A stretch of DNA of 64,000 bases from NCBI GenBank assembly GCA_964016885.1, contig OZ024743.1, positions 108,004,001-108,068,000 of the forward strand, read 5' to 3'. Origin of the DNA: Eledone cirrhosa. Lineage: Eukaryota. The translations under genes and the position numbers were made by a program. Of the stretch, positions 27,616 to 41,259 are shown in pieces; within the stretch, counting starts at the first letter, position 1, and each line of letters opens with the position of its first letter. The notes under the pieces are model-generated. The model did not search any database. It saw only the letters and a list, made by a program, of their open reading frames with translations, and was not told where the DNA came from.

Positions 27616-28745
27616 TATATTAAAATGCATTTGTTAAAAGAAATAACTAAAAACTGGAAGAACGAAAGTGTTAATGTAAATATGTCTACAATTAAAGCAA
27701 TTACTGTGAAAGAGTAATTTTAGACATTTAAAAATACAAAAACTGTGAATTTTTCTACATACATGAAATAAACCGTTTTTATATTTTTAAAAGGCTAAAC
27801 CGACACACAGTAATTGATTTAATTTCACGATATGGTTTCCGATCAAGTCACTAGCAAGACAATTATGAGTCAGAAACTCCTACATTGATCGATGTGAAAT
27901 AACCCGTAGTTTAAGCAATAAAAGATGTAAGATATCAGGTGTTTAGGACATTTCGAAAGACCAGAGAGGCATGTAAGTGTGATTTAATAGATATGACTGG
28001 GAGTGTGACACAGAAAATATATCAATAACTATCATAATTCAGAAGGCAATAGGTAATCAAAAAGATATACCAACATAGAATGGTGTTTTTGTTGCATATC
28101 AGTATGGAAATCGGATTATGGAAACCTGATCGAAGCTGTTCCAGTTGTGACCAGCTCCTTCATGTTTTTAACACAATTAACATTAGTCTCCATTATCTAA
28201 TACGTCGTTTTTTACGACAGCAATGAGTGGTATGAGGGAGATATGACTACTATTTCTAACATATAAAAGATAATGTGATTTATAACTCGTTGACTCAGGT
28301 CAACACTGACTTATTTGCAGTGAAATTAGATACTGGAATGTGTAGTTGTTTAGACCTAGATCAGCAGGAGTGAACAGATTTTAGACGTGCATATACGTAT
28401 GAACATATGAACACACACGCATGCACATCCCCATTTACAAACACACCACCTCACACGCACAAACTTGCACACAGAAGGATTCACATAAGTAAACGTAATG
28501 GACACGCATATACTCATAGCTACTTGTCATACTCCGTTGTATAAGCCTTTTATTTATAAGTTATATTTTAACATTAGTAGTATAACTACAACCAATATTT
28601 GTAGTAATAATAGTAGCTACAGCTATGGAAGCCTAGGTAAATGCAACAGCAGTAGTGGTGTAGCTGGTAGTAGTTCCTTTATTCGATTTTTCTTCATGGC
28701 ACGTACTGAGCCGCTTGGAATGAATAGATCACCGTCTTGGCTTAC

Positions 28746-28775
28746 TGGCGTCTTTATACAACCTGAATGATCCCT
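28746..28775 (-). other. Candidate 30-nt micro-exon
   Basis: Minus strand CACTAAATTGTTTGTTTTCAG|AGGGATCATTCAGGTTGTATAAAGACGCCA|GTAAGC. Confidence 0.3.
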
Positions 28776-29767
28776 CTGAAAACAAACAATTTAGTGAAGA
28801 GATAAAGAGATACATAGAAGAGATGGTGGGAGGCAGTATAGGCAGATATACGGATCTGAGAGAGGGAGATAGATAGCGAAAGTTTAAACTAGACGGTGCG
28901 TAGTGGGGTAAATAATGTGTTGGCATGGAGGTTAGGGAATGTAGAAGAGATGGAATTGGGTGAGAACGATGGGGAATAGAGTGAGAAATAGATAAAGAAA
29001 TAGAGAAGTAATAGAGAGGGAAAGAATGACAGATAGATATTGAGACAGAGAGAGTTTATGTGATCGATAGATAGTGAGAGAGAAGGGGAGTAAATTATGT
29101 GGAGGGTGAAGAGAACGATGAGAAGACAAAATAGAGGGGAAATTCTTGACAGATTGTGGAAGTGATAGCTGATCAAATAATGTGTCTTCTGAAAGCAATC
29201 AGGATTCAACGCCAGCTGGAACTACAATAAACGATCAACAAAAACACATATATACACACGCACGCACATACACACGCATATACTCATATACGCACACACA
29301 CACATGCATGTGCTGAACCACCATTGGTTCTGATGACAAGCGTTCCAATTGTTTTAAGAAACTAATTTCAACATTTCCGACAAACATTCATACTACGTCC
29401 ATATACATGAATACTCTCATACAACCATGCATACATGTATATACACACACATGCAAACATACGCATCCTGCATACACATATATATGCATATGCACGACGT
29501 ATACGCAAGTATATATATATATATATATATATGCATACATATGCATAATGCATACATACACAGGCAACCATGCATACATCCACATACGTAGATATATGTA
29601 GAACTTCTCTCCTTTCTGACGATGTATTCCACATGTTCCACTTGTTGGTTGAAAAATGTTGCATTAGAGAACTCCACATTCTGAGTTTTTCTTCATTCAT
29701 TTTTATTTTTTAGTGTTGCGGATTGACAGAATTGACAGAGCGTCGAACAAATGCTTAATATTTGTTC

Positions 29768-29958
29768 GGCGGTTGATTGGCAGTATCCGTAGAGCGTCAT
29801 ACACCATGCTTTGTAGTATAGAGTTATGCCCCTTTACGTTCTGAGTTCAAATCCCGCCGAGGTTAAATTTGCCTTTCATCTTTACGGGGTCGATAAAATA
29901 TACCACCAGTAATACACTGGGGAAATAGCTGGCCTTGAGCCAAAAGTAGAACAATTAT
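29768..29958 (+). mobile_element. SINE S1 nested in an older related SINE (about 29715-30113)
   Basis: A young copy splits the head and body of an older copy. ATTTGTTC recurs at both junctions. Confidence 0.85.
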
Positions 29959-30160
29959 TTGTTCTAACTTTTTATATTCTGTGCTCAAATCCTGCCGAGG
30001 CTTTCTTTTCCTTTTACCCTTCCAAAATCGATAAAATGAAGAACAAATACTGCGGTCAGTTCAATCGACTTTCTCCTCCCTCAAATTGCTTACCTTGTGC
30101 CTAAATTGGAAAACTTTTATATCTTTTAATTTTATTTATATATTTATTTCATTTTAATTA

Positions 30161-30277
<117 letters not shown>

Positions 30278-30306
30278 GTATATATATATTTATTATTATT
30301 ATTATT

Positions 30307-30441
30307 ATACGGTCTGAGTTCAAATCTCGTCGAGGTTAACTTTGCCTTTCATCCTTACGGGGTCGATAAAATAAAGTACCAGTTCTGTACTGAGTAATTG
30401 CTGGCCTTGAGCCAAAAGTAGAAACAATTACTATTATTATT
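30307..30441 (+). mobile_element. 5'-truncated SINE S1
   Basis: Starts at TACGGTCTGAGTTCAAATC and lies within an (ATT)n tract. Confidence 0.9.
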
Positions 30442-30789
30442 ATATATATATTTGTTTTATTTATTTTACATATTTTTATTTATTTTATTTTCCTTAATTG
30501 TTTTTATGTATCTATCTTTACATCATTTATTTCATTTATTTCATTTATTTATTTATTTACTTATCTTTTTTTATTTATATATTTATTTATTGTTGCTATC
30601 ATAGGCCCCCGAGGTAATGTCAGGATCTAATTGGTGTCGGGTGATATTTCGAAATTAACTAATTTAACCACTATTAACCTTGAAGCTGCTATGGTGCCAA
30701 AAATTGTTACATAGCAGCTCTTACACTCATGTACTGTCACCGAGACCAACGTTTGTATGGTTCCTGGCATTTAAGCAGCATTGGACTCT

Positions 30790-30820
<31 letters not shown>

Positions 30821-31084
30821 TACGTCTACTACTGCTACTGCTGCTGCTGCTGCTCTCTAATGAGATTTTCTAATCAATCAGAAGTTAGACTTACATACAT
30901 ACACATATAAAGTCATATATACACCAACACACACACTTACACTTACACACACACTCACTTACACACAGTATATATATATATGGGGGAGATGTGTGTTTGT
31001 GGGTGTGTGTGAGAGAAAAATATTGATCTGTACACTTTTGTGTATTTATACATATGTCGTAAGGCACACACACTCACGCATATA

Positions 31085-31171
<87 letters not shown>

Positions 31172-31914
31172 ATGTGTGTGTGTAGGGGTGAGGGAAGTGT
31201 GTATATATAGTGAATTATACTGATGTGTTTGTTTTCTACGCACACCATATGTGTGTGATTCTCAGCAATCAAAAGCAGTGTAGGTATATTCTGAAATTTG
31301 GCCACCATATTTGGTTGCTATGTTCGTTGACCAGCAATCAGGCGTTCAACTGGAACGAATGTATTTGCCAAAATGTTACTAGCGAAGACTGTTGGCCAAC
31401 TTGGCTGACACGCTTGATTTGGCAGAACGATCAAAAAGTAAACTATTAGTGTTTCAATAGTAATGTTCTATATATAAGTGATGTTGTTGGTGGTGTTGGT
31501 GATGGTGATAATGATGATGGAGATGTATTTAGTACTGATGTTGATGATGATGTTGGTCGGGAAGAGGGTGGTGATAATTTTCGTGATGTAGGAGTTGTTG
31601 CTGAGTTGGTGGTGATAATGTAGATGTCGTTGTCGTTGATGGGGATCTCGTTGACGATGGTGCTGAAGATCATGTAGTGGTGATAATATTGAGGCTGGTG
31701 ATGGTGGGGATTTTGGTGATAGGTACGTTGTTAGTGATGAACTACAAAGGAAATATTGTATCATTTATAATAATGGTTTCTAATTCAGATACAAGGCCAA
31801 CAAATAGAACCTGGTATTATACCCGCAATGATACAATTCAACATCGACCATGCAGGGATTCGAACTTAAAAGCAAATGTTGTAACTAAACACCGCACGTC
31901 ATTTTATCCGTAAA

Positions 31915-31928
31915 GATACTACTACTAT

Positions 31929-31997
<69 letters not shown>

Positions 31998-32036
31998 TAC
32001 TACTACTACCACTACTACTACTACTACTACTGCTGA

Positions 32037-32118
<82 letters not shown>

Positions 32119-32136
32119 ACTACTACTACTACTACT
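31915..32136. repeat. Compound (ACT)n/(ACC)/(GCT) microsatellite
   Basis: Direct reading of the sequence. Confidence 0.95.
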
Positions 32137-32157
32137 AATTATTGTTATTATTCTCAT

Positions 32158-33255
32158 TGGATTTGCAGTATCGGTAGAGGGTCGGACACCATGCTTTGTA
32201 GCATAGAGTTACGCTCCTTTACGGTCTGAGTTCAAATCCCGCCGAGGTTAACTTTCCCTTTCATACTTACGGGGTCGATAAATAAAGTACCAGTAATGTA
32301 CTGGGTAATTCCTGGCCTTGTGCCAAAAGTAGAAACAATTATTATTGTTATTAATATTATTATTAGGTAGATTGGAAATATCGGTAGAGTTTCGGACATA
32401 TTGCTTCGCAGCATAGAGTTACGTCCCTTTACGTTCTGAGTTCAAATCCCGCCAAGGTCAACTTTGCCTTTCCTTCTTATGGGGCCGATAAAATAAAGCA
32501 TCTGTATTGCACTGGGATCAATTTAATTGACTTTCCCCTCTCCCTTCAAAAAGGTTGCTGGCCTTGTGCATATTGCTGAATCCGTTATTATTATTATTAG
32601 GTAGATTGGCAATATCCGTAGAGCTTCGGACACTCAGCTTTACAGCTTAGAGTTACGGTCCTTTACGTTCTTAAGTTTCGCTTTGCCTTTCATCATTGCG
32701 AGGTCGATATCTTAAAGTACCAGTAACAACAATTTAATCGACTTACCTCTCACCCAAAATTATTGACCTTGTGCCTAAATAAGAAACAATTATTATTATT
32801 ATTATTATTATTAGCTCCTTGAAGCCCCTGGATTGGCAGAGTCGTTAAAGCTTCTGAAAAATGCTTAGCAGTAATGCTTCTGACCCTTATTGTTCAATTC
32901 CCGTCGGGGTTAGCTTTGGATTTCATCCATACTGGGTCGATGAAATAAATATCATTATCGCATTGGGTGGATTTAATTGATTTTCTTATTTCCATTAAAT
33001 TGGTGATCCTGTGTCAAAAGTAAAAACAATTATTAATACCTGCTAGGGCAGTGGATTGGAAAGGTTCCTATTTCGTCGAACAGGATGATGGCGATATTTA
33101 GTTACTTTCTATATTTTGATTTCAAATCCCGCCGATGTCAGCTTGCCCTTCTATCATTCCACGGTCAATAACTTAAAGAAGCAATAGAGTCGATACAATC
33201 TATTTACCCCTCCCCCGGATTGCTGGGCATGGGGCAATGTTACAAAATATTATTC
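32158..33255 (+). mobile_element. Head-to-tail array of five S1-family SINEs
   Basis: Heads at about 32158, 32366, 32599, 32829 and 33048, mostly separated by (ATT)n tails. Confidence 0.85.
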
Positions 33256-33376
33256 ATAGCTCATCATTTTGCTATCAATGTAGTGATGGAGTGATAAGAG
33301 AGGAAATAGGAAATACACAGTGGGAGAGGATGCAGGTGGTCAAGGTAAACGGAAAAAAATATATGATGGATACGAC

Positions 33377-33460
<84 letters not shown>

Positions 33461-33477
33461 TGTGAGTTTGTGTAAGG

Positions 33478-33790
33478 TTCGAGATTTAGTGGTTGGGATA
33501 TTTAATCCAGAATCAGGAGGGCTTGAGTCCAATTCCCGTTTTTGTCTCGTGTCTATGAACAAGATACGTGGTTCCTGTTCACTTAGTTTGTAAACATTAG
33601 TTGTATCTGAAATCAAAGGGCCGACTTTGTCACACCCTATGTCATGTTGAATCTCCATGTGAATTACGTTAAGGATATACGTGTCTATGAAAGCCTCTGC
33701 CACTTACATTAATTCACGTTAATTTCGTCATCACACTCTTCCGATGACAGATCAACTGGAATCCTGATCGTCGAAACGGATATAGTTCCA
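33478..33790 (+). mobile_element. Degraded CORE-type SINE
   Basis: TTAGTGGTTGGG..GAGTCCAATTCCC..GTGTCTATGAACAAGATAC. Confidence 0.55.
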
Positions 33791-34720
33791 ATCCATTTCT
33801 TTCACCCATCTCTCAGTATTCATTGTAAAATATCCAGTGCCAAATCAAGGTTAAGATGGATGAGTTCATATCAATTGCTGAATGCATATCGAAAGATTTC
33901 CCATACACATTTCTAATAAAAAGGAAAGTAAAATGTGTAGCTGTTTGATTTCGAAGTAGTTTCTCTTTTAAATGTTTACTCAGGGAAGCAAAGTGTAAGG
34001 CCCTTAAACATTTTCAGGACCTTCTTCAGTTTAGTGGTCGGTGAACGATTAAGAAAACTTCAATACTGAAAATAAGGTCGGAACGCTTGCAAAAAGGGCA
34101 TTCGTTAAATACACTCAAGTATCTGGAGATAGTGGCTTTTGTGCTAAACTCGGATCTAGCCAAATAGGCCAGAAGATGACTTGAACACAAAAGACAAAGA
34201 ACCGTAGTAATTATATAACACGAGCAACACACATACTCCTCGTACACGCACACATATATACATATATGTGCGTGCTTCTACGTTTATCTGTACAGTACAC
34301 ACAGTCTCACACATACCTGGTATGCTGAATTGTTCATGCCATACATAAATACATAAATAGTTTTTTACTATAATATTTAATAGAATCCGCCCCAATAAGC
34401 TCCAAAACTGGATGTATACAGAGCCGGTACACGCACTGATCCACTGGAAGTATATATACAACACACATTCTTTGTAAATAACATACACAAGGAAATAATA
34501 TTAATGTGAACGTGACTTTTTAAAGTCTAAATGCACTCTTTTATAAAATGTATGTACATTTAGAAAATGTATATATTATGTATTTGGACAAAGAGATACA
34601 CACCCAACAAATATAGTGTATTATATTCGTGCGTGCGAGCTTCTACGTGTTTGCGAGTGCATTTACTGTAATATTTTGTTTGTTTATTAATAAAACGCTA
34701 CGCCTCCCCCCCCATATACA

Positions 34721-34811
<91 letters not shown>

Positions 34812-35143
34812 TACATATATATATATATACATGTATATATATGTATATATATGTATATATATATATATATATATATAAACTGAAAAAATGAAACGAAATT
34901 TCATTTCTCACACTTAGTACGGCTGTTACATACATACATACATACTTATATTTACATATACTTATATTTATATATATATAGTTTCAGGGGATCTCATTAA
35001 AAGGTGAAAGCAAAGATTATTTGCTTAAACTCTAATCTGTACTAATAATACATATTTGCTCTATGTGTTTTATATACATACATACATACATACATACATA
35101 CATACATACATTCATACATACATACATACATACACACACACAC

Positions 35144-35204
<61 letters not shown>

Positions 35205-35269
35205 CCTTATCAAGCACTCTTCGGATTCTTGTCCAGATAATTTTTTATTACTATATATATATACATACA

Positions 35270-35793
35270 AACTCATGAGGTTTTGAGACTTCTATCAGAG
35301 AGACATTTCTTTAACTCAGATTAACACAAAATTCTACTCTCCCTCAAAGTAGGGTCCTCCAACTTCAATGAACTCGAAAGTGAAATTGTCCAGGACGCTT
35401 GTCTCTTCCGACGATATCTCTTTCTGAACTGTCTCAAAACGCCTACATCGTACTCTTTGTCGACTGTCTAGATGTGAGGGATGTTTTCACTGGGCATTTT
35501 GTCACCTGGTCTCTTGATCATAACAGTAGACCCAGCTCTATTCACAGGTCACCAGAAATTCCAGTATACCTGTATTCGATGTAATCCAATTGACCATCAC
35601 CCTGCTGTCATCTACACGCTCTGCCTTTTATTGAGTACCTGAAATGTTCACATGTTCAGATTGTCATGAATGACGCTGCAGCGTCCCCAACCATTTCAAA
35701 TTGTTTAGCAATCGTCAGAAGAGACGCACGACAGTCCTCTTCCAGAAATCTGCGAATTTTGTCGACCATGTTTGGCGTCCCGATGCTCCTTTT
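35270..35793 (-). pseudogene. Mariner (Tc1/mariner) transposase fossil with internal deletions
   Basis: TPNMVDKIRRFLEEDCRASLLTIAKQF (HTH), LVTCE*SWVYCYDQETR*Q (TGDESW..YDPE motif), VLRQFRKRYRRKR and C-terminal IEVGGPYFEGE* with stop at 35334-35336. Confidence 0.88.
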
Positions 35794-35838
35794 CTTGACT
35801 CAAAAATTATTGCATATCGAGCCGCCATTATGTCCTCA

Positions 35839-36017
35839 GGATTGGCAGTATCGGTAGAGAGTCGGACGCCATGCTTTCCAGCATAGTTACGTCCCTTTAC
35901 GATCTGATTTCAAATCCCGCCGAGGTTGACTTTGCCTTTCATCCTTACAGGGTCGATAAAAATAAAGTACCAGTAATACACTGGGTAATTGCTGGCCTTG
36001 TGCCTAAAGTAGAAACA
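35839..36017 (+). mobile_element. SINE S1 with 12-bp TSD
   Basis: ATTATGTCCTCA at 35827-35838 and ATTATATCCTCA at 36018-36029. Confidence 0.92.
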
Positions 36018-36600
36018 ATTATATCCTCACTTCCAGACTCCATATCGAAACCTGTCAGCTATGACAAGATATATATCATAGGTACTGTTTAAAGTGCTGT
36101 AGTGGACAGAACCTTCCACGCGGAGAGAAAAGGATTTAGCATGTTAACCTTATTATGACCATATAAGTATGCATTAGAGTATTATTCACATAAATCAATT
36201 AAAAGTACCTGAAAACGTACCTCAAAACGTTTTGTTGTACCTCGTATATATACAATTTACACACACGCTTTTAATTATAGTACACGCGTTTGTAGAAATA
36301 TGTGTACATACATATCCATATATACCTCCATATATACACAGCTATCTATGCATCAACCCACACACCTACAAATCCATAGATATAGAAATAATTACAAGTA
36401 TACAAAAATATATATATATAAATAAAACATAACATTAGACAAACACATCTGTTTTAGATAACACAACTGCAATAACTTGTTTGTGCCAACCACAGACTCA
36501 GGTAACTCTTCAATGTTGAAAACAATTTCATGTGGCATCAAGAAATACTTAAGATGATGTGTCTTTTATATGCATTTAGCTATGGAGCAACATGAAATGT

Positions 36601-36631
<31 letters not shown>

Positions 36632-36731
36632 AAGTGAGTCCTTCATCAGTGACCCTCCAACCGTCCTCGGCATTTCATCGCTTTAAGGGCCATATGCCTC
36701 AGGTTGGTGCGAACAACGGCTAAAAAAAGTC

Positions 36732-36772
<41 letters not shown>

Positions 36773-36799
36773 TCCTTTCAAGCCGGGGGTGAATGTCGA

Positions 36800-37362
36800 T
36801 CCTGTTCATGAAACTAATGCACAAGAGAAGTCACAGTACGCACTCTTAAGGAAGTCCGACTCCAACATTGAATGCTTTCGATTAAGCATCATTTATCCTA
36901 TCACAAATACTCGGGTATTCGTATAGAGATATCAGGGCAAGAAGTAGCTGACTCTTATTCTCCTGCAGTAAATTCTAGAGCGGGTTCCCAGGAATGTAGT
37001 CATATGCCCTTTCGAGATCTACAAAACAAGAATATGTCTCTTGGCAGTAATCACACACTTTCTGGAAGTCCTGTTGCAGTGTGAATATTTGATCGGCTGT
37101 GCTGCTTTCGGTGCTAAAAACCACACAGTTAATCACCTAGCTTGGACACGACAATATCTCTTCATCTCTTTGCCAGACACTTAGCACATAATTTACCGGG
37201 GGGAGGGGGTTAACAAGGAGATCCCTCTGTAATAGGAACAGTCTCTCTTGTCTGCCTTTATGAAAATTGCGATTATCACTCCAGATTGCCATTGATTTGG
37301 TACCTCTCCAGAGATCCAGGACACCCGGCACACGTGTAAGCCAGAGAAAACCTTCTCCATTT
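36800..37362 (-). pseudogene. RTE-clade LINE RT N-terminal domains, decayed
   Basis: VPNQWQSGVIIAIF..DCSYYRGISLL..CGF..STADQIFTLQQ..CFVDLERAYD..FNVGVGL with stops and frameshifts. Confidence 0.88.
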
Positions 37363-37400
37363 AACCCTTTTAACAGCTCAGATCGGATTTACTCTTCCCC

Positions 37401-37493
<93 letters not shown>

Positions 37494-37855
37494 GTTCCTT
37501 ATGCATAATCAATTATGTGTGATACTATGCACATATGAGTACGTATATATACTAAGAAATTGACTTGGCTTCAAAGTAGCAGCAGTTTCTACACGGAAAC
37601 AGGTCTAAATCATCAGGCGTGTATGCGTATGTATGAATGTGTGTATAAAACAATAGGCTTCTGAAAATTGTGGTGTATTGAAATTTCAAAGAAAGTTTTG
37701 AGTCTAAACAAAAAGGAAGATTTGCATATAAATAACTAGGCTATGTGAATAGAACACATGAATTGACGCTCTCTCCCCTATTTCGTATCCATGGTAGCAG
37801 TTACTTTTGTCGGCATCTGTTATTTATTTAGTCATTCTATTTGTTATATATATAT

Positions 37856-37917
<62 letters not shown>

Positions 37918-38009
37918 TGATAGTCGATCGACTTTCGTAAAATCGGTCTCAGGATACAATGTTTCAATTGGTCTTTCCAATTGCTAATACCTTCTATCGG
38001 TCGCAACTC

Positions 38010-38126
38010 CAAGTAGAAGGTGCAACGTGAAATAAAGTGTCTTGCCCAAGGACATACCGCATCGCCCGGTCAGAGAATCGAATTCGCAATCTCTCGATCG
38101 CGATTTCAATTATCTAACCACTCAGC
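38010..38126 (-). mobile_element. CORE-type tRNA-derived SINE fragment
   Basis: Minus strand GCTGAGTGGTTAG..GAATTCGATTC..TGTCCTTGGGCAAGACACTTTATTTCAC. Confidence 0.7.
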
Positions 38127-38133
38127 GAATATA

Positions 38134-38178
<45 letters not shown>

Positions 38179-38325
38179 ATATATGTTAGAAAGTGAGGGT
38201 TTTTTACAAAATGAAAAATAACCGAGGTGTCCTACACGAGTGAAAAAAGTATAAAGAAAAACAGATGAAATCGCAAATTCAACTGGAGTCTTATTTAAAA
38301 AAAAATATATATATTTATTTAGTTC

Positions 38326-38361
38326 CTTTACCGGTTTCGCAGTTCTTCTGCTCTTCAAAAG
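38326..38361 (-). ncRNA. Minimal hammerhead motif in a PLE-like terminus (38200-38395)
   Basis: CTT-TTGAAGA-GCAG-aagaa-CTGC-GAAAC-CG-GTA-AAG with palindromic helix III ACCGGT. C3 is mutated to U. Confidence 0.6.
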
Positions 38362-38404
38362 TAGAGTTGAGATGGAGGGTCTGTGGTTTTTCTCACACAC
38401 ACAC

Positions 38405-38437
<33 letters not shown>

Positions 38438-38927
38438 TATGTCTACATACGCACATACATATATAAATGAACATATGAGGGATTGTGAGAAATAAATGAA
38501 AGAATTATAACTATTACTAGTTTTCACATCATCAGTAGGATTTCCTACTAATGTACTTAACGATATTACTGTTCTTGTTGAACGTCGAGTAGATTCTGTT
38601 GATTTTTCATTCTGAAGTTGTAGAGAACTGCAAAGGCTTGTCAAATCTGATTGATCTACACATGTCACAAGGGTCCCAAATGGACGTAAAAAAAAAAATT
38701 ACAAAAGATGGGCATCACTCAAAAAGATGAAAAAAAAAGAGAAAAATTCAAAATGGCGTTGACCCACATAACATGTCTGTTTACACATTTAAAGAGTGTG
38801 TCTAAAAGAAGGTTTTTTTTGTTTATGTATGTGTATAACTCAGTTGTATGTGCCTGCGTCTATATATATATATAGATAGATATATACGCGCACACACACG
38901 CGCACACACACACACACATAAACACAC

Positions 38928-38965
<38 letters not shown>

Positions 38966-39005
38966 TATATATATATATATATATATGTTTGTGTGTGTGT
39001 GCGCG

Positions 39006-39058
<53 letters not shown>

Positions 39059-41117
39059 ATATATATATATGTGTGTGTGTTTGTGTGTGGTGCGTGTATG
39101 TACATGTGTACGTGTGTTTCTACGTGTATATAGCAGTGCAGAATAAGAGAATGTGCGTATAATTGGATGTTTCTGTGGGTATGTCTATTTTATGTATAGT
39201 TGTATTTGTTTAATACTGTGTTTGAGTTTTGTATTCTTGTCAATATTTCTGTGTATGTGTATGTGTATGTGTTGGTTATCTCTATATAAACTGTAATATG
39301 TGTATATATGACGTAAATCTTACATGTGAGAATATACTTTATGCATAGGTGTATAAGTATGCTTATCTGCATAAATATAAATATTTAAATGACCACCCAG
39401 AATTAAAAGGGGTGTGTCTATGAGCCTGGGTCAGTGCCACTGAGACAGATTGAAGGAAAAGCTGATCATCAAATCATGGAGAGAACTGGTTCAAATGTCT
39501 ACGCATCTGAAAACATCCATGAGTCTTATAGCTTTGTTTGAAAGGGAAAATGATTGTACGCATGTATATATATATATATATATATGTGTGTGTGAATTTT
39601 GAAATGTGATTCTGTGGCCGGGGCCCTTTATGAAAACAACCCTAATCTAATCGATTTTGGATCCTACCTAACAACCTGGCTTTCTGCCTACACCACATAA
39701 ATCAATATTGTGTGTGTTTGTCATTCTGCCTCTATGTATGTCTATGCTATTAATTTAGACGTGGCTTGGGACACTACTGACATACATATATGCAAATATG
39801 TATGTCTGTGTATGTATATTCAAATACGCATCTATATGCAAACACACACACGCACACAGACTCTCATGTATGTGTGTATGAATATATATATATATATATA
39901 TATATGTACATAAATATGTTTATGTAATTATATATTCATAAATATATATATATATATTTATATCTATGTATGTACGTATATATTATGTATGTGTGTGTGT
40001 GGGGGGGGGGGGGATATATAAACATATATAAGAGATGGGATGGTATGTGCGTGCATGAGACATCAATAAATGTCAAACATATTTCATACGGCTGGAATTA
40101 GACAAGTATTTGAATTATTGAGAAAGCAACATATAGAATAACATGGCGTTATTCTGCCTATTGCCAACAGATGGCGCTGTCGAATATAGCAGCTCTTATG
40201 GAATTACTAACAATTGCTCTTTGTGTCCGGTTTCATAATTACAACCATTCACACTTACACTCACATTCATTAGACCTCGCGCACATGTATATGTGTGTTT
40301 GTGTGTGCGTGTCTGTGTTTAAATGTGTGCGTGCGTGTCATGTATATATGTGTGTTTGCTGTGTGTAGCTCTGTTAGTGCGCGTAAGTATATGTATGTGT
40401 CAATGTGCAGTATGCGTAGATTCAATTAATTTATAATATATATTTTTGATGTTTGCCAACTTTGGCCCTGTCAAGCATATTCTCAAGCACACACACACAC
40501 AGCCGTATATTGACTGTGTATATGTAAGTATATATATGGATGGATGGGTATGATTATATATATATATATATATATCATATATACATACACACATATATAT
40601 TTGGTCCATGATAAATCCCCTTCAATCATACAAATATGTTTGTCCAGACTATAGCTATCAATTTCTCCCAACGCAACTCTTTTCTCACTCCCTCCTACTA
40701 CCTCCTCTTTCCGCATCTCCCTTCTCCCTCCTACCCTCCCTCCCTCTCACTCCCCTTCCCCCTGTTCCCCCTCTCGCTCTCTCCTCTTTCTTTCATTCTA
40801 CATATCCCTTCTAATTGACCATCTCCTTTTCTCTACAATTTTCACCAACATATCACAATGTTTCAAATTCTTGTATTGCTCTTATCTTTTTCACCTGCTG
40901 CTACTTTACTATAACTAGCACCGTCAATAACATCAACAACACTAACAGCAACAGCAACAGCATGGCACAGCTATCATCACGAATACAAGACTTAGTAATA
41001 ACATAATAATCGCAGTCATCAACCTAATTAAATAAACCCGCGCTACCACTGCCTCCTTATATACATATATATGTGTATTTATACGTATATATGTTTATAT
41101 ATGTATATATATATATA

Positions 41118-41259
<142 letters not shown>

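Noticed and set aside
36627-36734. TA-flanked 108-bp insert with CTGATGAAGGAC on the minus strand
   Set aside because: Only half a core is present and there is no inverted arm. It may belong to the system but cannot be assigned.
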